A stretch of 64,000 bases of DNA, from positions 1,178,001-1,242,000 of the forward strand of contig CM038999.1 in the NCBI GenBank assembly GCA_017499595.2, in the 5' to 3' direction. The DNA is from Psilocybe cubensis (Eukaryota). Position numbers and translations under genes: made by a program. The notes beneath the pieces are model-generated. The model searched no databases, was not told the origin of the DNA, and saw nothing but the letters and a program-made list of their open reading frames with translations. This document shows, piece after piece, positions 61,095 to 64,000 of the stretch; positions within the stretch are counted from its first letter, which is position 1; the number at the start of each line of letters is the position of its first letter.

Positions 61095-62961
61095 ATGGGA
61101 AACACAAATTCCTCTGTCATTCCCACTCCCACAAAGACCTCTTTCGATGACAAGGACGAGATGTTGGAGCTCGCAGACCCTTTGTCGGCGATGCACATTG
61201 CACAACCACTTTCCTCCGACGGATCTCTCACCTTGGGTCACATAGCGTCTTGGGAAGCATCGTCAAGCACAGATCCCAAGATTCGTCTTGCCCGGACGAT
61301 CTTCTCGCAGTCTGACATTCGCTCTGTACTGAGTTCTCGCTCTGCTCGCATCGCCGATCAGCACATCTTCAATCACGTCTTGGACTTTAAGACAGGGCCT
61401 ATAACGAACCAGAAGAGCAGTGGACGGTGCTGGCTCTTTGCTACGACCAATGTTATTAGGTACGGTATCATGAAACGCCTCAAGTTGAAGGACTTCCAGC
61501 TCTCTCAGGTGAGTATCAACTAGCTCATGTCGCACAAGTGGCAATGTTGACAGTTTATATAGTCATATCTATTCTTCTGGGACAAGCTAAACAAGTCTAA
61601 CTACTACCTCGAGCTTATGATTGAGCATGCAGAGTTGCCCATCGACGACCGCCTGATCACCCACTTATCGGGCGACCTCATTAGCGACGGTGGCCAATGG
61701 GACATGGTAGTCAATCTGATCGAAACATACGGCCTCGTCCCGCAATCTGCTTACCCCGAATCGACTCACTCCTCCCTTTCTGGCCCTCTCAATGCACTTT
61801 TGAAGACGAAGCTCCGTGAGCACGCGCTCATTTTGCGCACCTTGGCCGACACTTTGCGAAGCGCCCACGTTCGTGAAGAGACGGTTATGGCTACCCTTCG
61901 TGCGAAGAAGGAGGAGCTGATGAAGGAAGTGTACAATATCATGACCGCGACGCTCGGTGTACCGCCCAACCCGAACAAGAGGTTCGTTTGGGAATATATA
62001 GATGCCGAAGAAAAGGTTGGGCGCTGGGAAGGATCGCCGAAGGACTTTTTCGAACAATTTGCCACTAAGCCTTTCTCGGTGCGTAAAATACTTTATTGGA
62101 GAATAACTCTAATATGTTATTTCAGCCTGTGGACTCGTTCTCGCTCATTAATGACCCTCGTAATGAGTATTCGAAGCTCTACACCGTTGACAAGCTCGGA
62201 AATATCTGGGGCGGCCGTCCTATTCTCTGTGCGTTTCATCCATTTTTTAGGACGATCTACTAATGCGTCGCAGATGTTAACACTGAAATCGAGAACATGA
62301 AAGCCACCGTCGTCAGGGTAAGTGATGATGTTTCACCAGCAAGGTCTCACCTAATTTGCGTGCTTGCAGATGATCAAAGCCGGCCAACCTGTGTTCTTTG
62401 GTTGTGATGTTGGTAAATTCTCGGACAGGGATGCAGGCGTGATGGACACAGCTTTCTTCGAATATGAAGTCAGTCGCTTCCCGACTCCCTATTTCATAAG
62501 GTTTAATTGAATGGGAATCTTCAGAATGCCTTTGACATCAAACTCGGATTGAACAAAGCTGATCGCCTCCAGATTTGTGAATCGGCTATGACGCACGCTA
62601 TGGTCATCTCAGGTGTACATCTCGACCCCTCTGGCAAGCCTGTTCGTTACAAGGTTGAGAACTCCTGGGGTGAGACCGCCGGCAAGGATGGGTACTTTGT
62701 CATGACCGACGCGTGGTTCGAGCAGTGCGTTGCATTTACTCATATATCTCGACAGCGAAATACTCAATTAAATACTTTATTACAGATATGTGTATCAGGT
62801 TGTTGTACCTAAAGCGCTTGCACCCAAGGACCTCGTTGCAGTCTTCGAGTCGGGCAACAAGATCGTTTTGCCCGCTTGGGATCCCATGGTAAATGATATT
62901 TTTCAATTTCAAACTTGACCACAAATCCTGACTTTTTCGATCTCAGGGCGCATTGGCTTAA
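61095..62961 (+). CDS. LAP3: Bleomycin hydrolase / cysteine aminopeptidase (peptidase C1B)
   Basis: NQKSSGRCWLFA (catalytic Cys), DGGQWDM, MTHAM (His), VENSWG (Asn), C-terminal WDPM|GALA. Confidence 0.95.
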
Positions 62962-64000
62962 ACTTCGTCTCACTGCGAATTAGGTGATATGTACTGAACG
63001 GCATGATTATTCTTGGTGCTCTCTTCCTATGTCCTGTGTATATGCATTTTCGCAATGAAGAGTTATTTTAGTTGTCGCAGTCTAGCATTGCTAGTACAGC
63101 TCTATGGATACGTTGTTATTGAAGATTTGAAATGCATACACTGACCCTTCCTCATATGACACCTTCATGAAGCAGAGAGAATCAACGGCGAAGACAAGAA
63201 GGGGAATGATGCGATTCTTGTCAGTTCAAAGGCACAGTCCGGGGGTTTTCTATCAGACTTCACGTTTTGAAAGGTAGAAAAACATTGTCTTCACTGTCTA
63301 TTACTATGTGACAATGACCAGTACCATCAGTTGACAGAAATAACTCCCGACTCCATGAAGATTCGCAAGATTCAAGTGCAATTGGGGAGAACCGCTGAGA
63401 CGGTTTAGCTACGGCCCCTTTCTTCCGACAACTTTTACGGCATAAATAAGGGCCCGTGACCGCAGTGATAATGATAAGTATGTCCTTACTAGTATTAGAA
63501 TGAACTTTTGCTTGGTATCCCATGTAGCATGCAATGCCTACATTTATCTGTGACGAGGGTATGTATTTGCACAACACCGAATACTGCGATAGTGATACTA
63601 CCTCAATCTGTTGACGTAAGTCAAGTGGCTGATCCAAGTGCTATCGCTGTTTTGCACCCGCCATCTCAAACTGAGGAGAGTATTGGTTGGTTGAAGAAAC
63701 GTCAGGTCCATCACGAGGGTGAGAAAACGACGCAACTGCTTTCTTCCGCGTAAACGGACATCAACATTTAACATCCTTTTGGCGTTACCAAAGCGTTCCT
63801 AGAGGCCCTGAGGGGATGTGTAAGGGGAAATTATGTAGCCTGGTTTATAATCCTTGCTTGGAGTCTCTTACAGCCTCTTCAAGAACCCATCGGTCTTTTG
63901 ACTTCTGCCTGCTGCTACCTTCACTTCTAGCAGATTACCTAAACGTTCCTTCCTTTCGTATCTTGTTTAGCAGCGGATATGCCATATCAGACGCGTAGCG

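Overview
Intron-rich fungal genomic DNA with short GT-AG introns (about 50-70 nt) and CTRAY-type branch sites; the gene families are typical of Agaricomycetes (mushroom-forming basidiomycetes). Manual splicing supports about 22 protein-coding genes: a partial PAQR/IZH receptor, a secreted histidine acid phosphatase (possibly the Psilocybe PsiP type), a GH63-like glycosidase, a large low-complexity RhoGAP, two tandem single-pass membrane proteins with duplicated beta-sandwich domains, a divergent kinase, an AA5 copper radical oxidase, a Git3/Gpr1-like GPCR, a CBM1-GH27 alpha-galactosidase, two head-to-head secreted tyrosinase-like genes, ADA2, a small Cys-rich secreted protein, a NAD(P)-binding reductase, TRM11, a multi-pass membrane protein, two tandem paraoxonases, RPS0, an R3H protein and bleomycin hydrolase. 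The most striking signals are: (1) an apparent single-nucleotide exon (G) between two introns at the same codon in both tandem membrane-protein paralogs; (2) a tyrosinase pair in which one copy has lost two of six copper-ligand histidines; (3) a ~13 kb microsatellite-rich island with alternating strand-skew blocks. I recognised no RNA genes, CRISPR arrays or intact transposons. All gene models were spliced by eye and no database searches were run.
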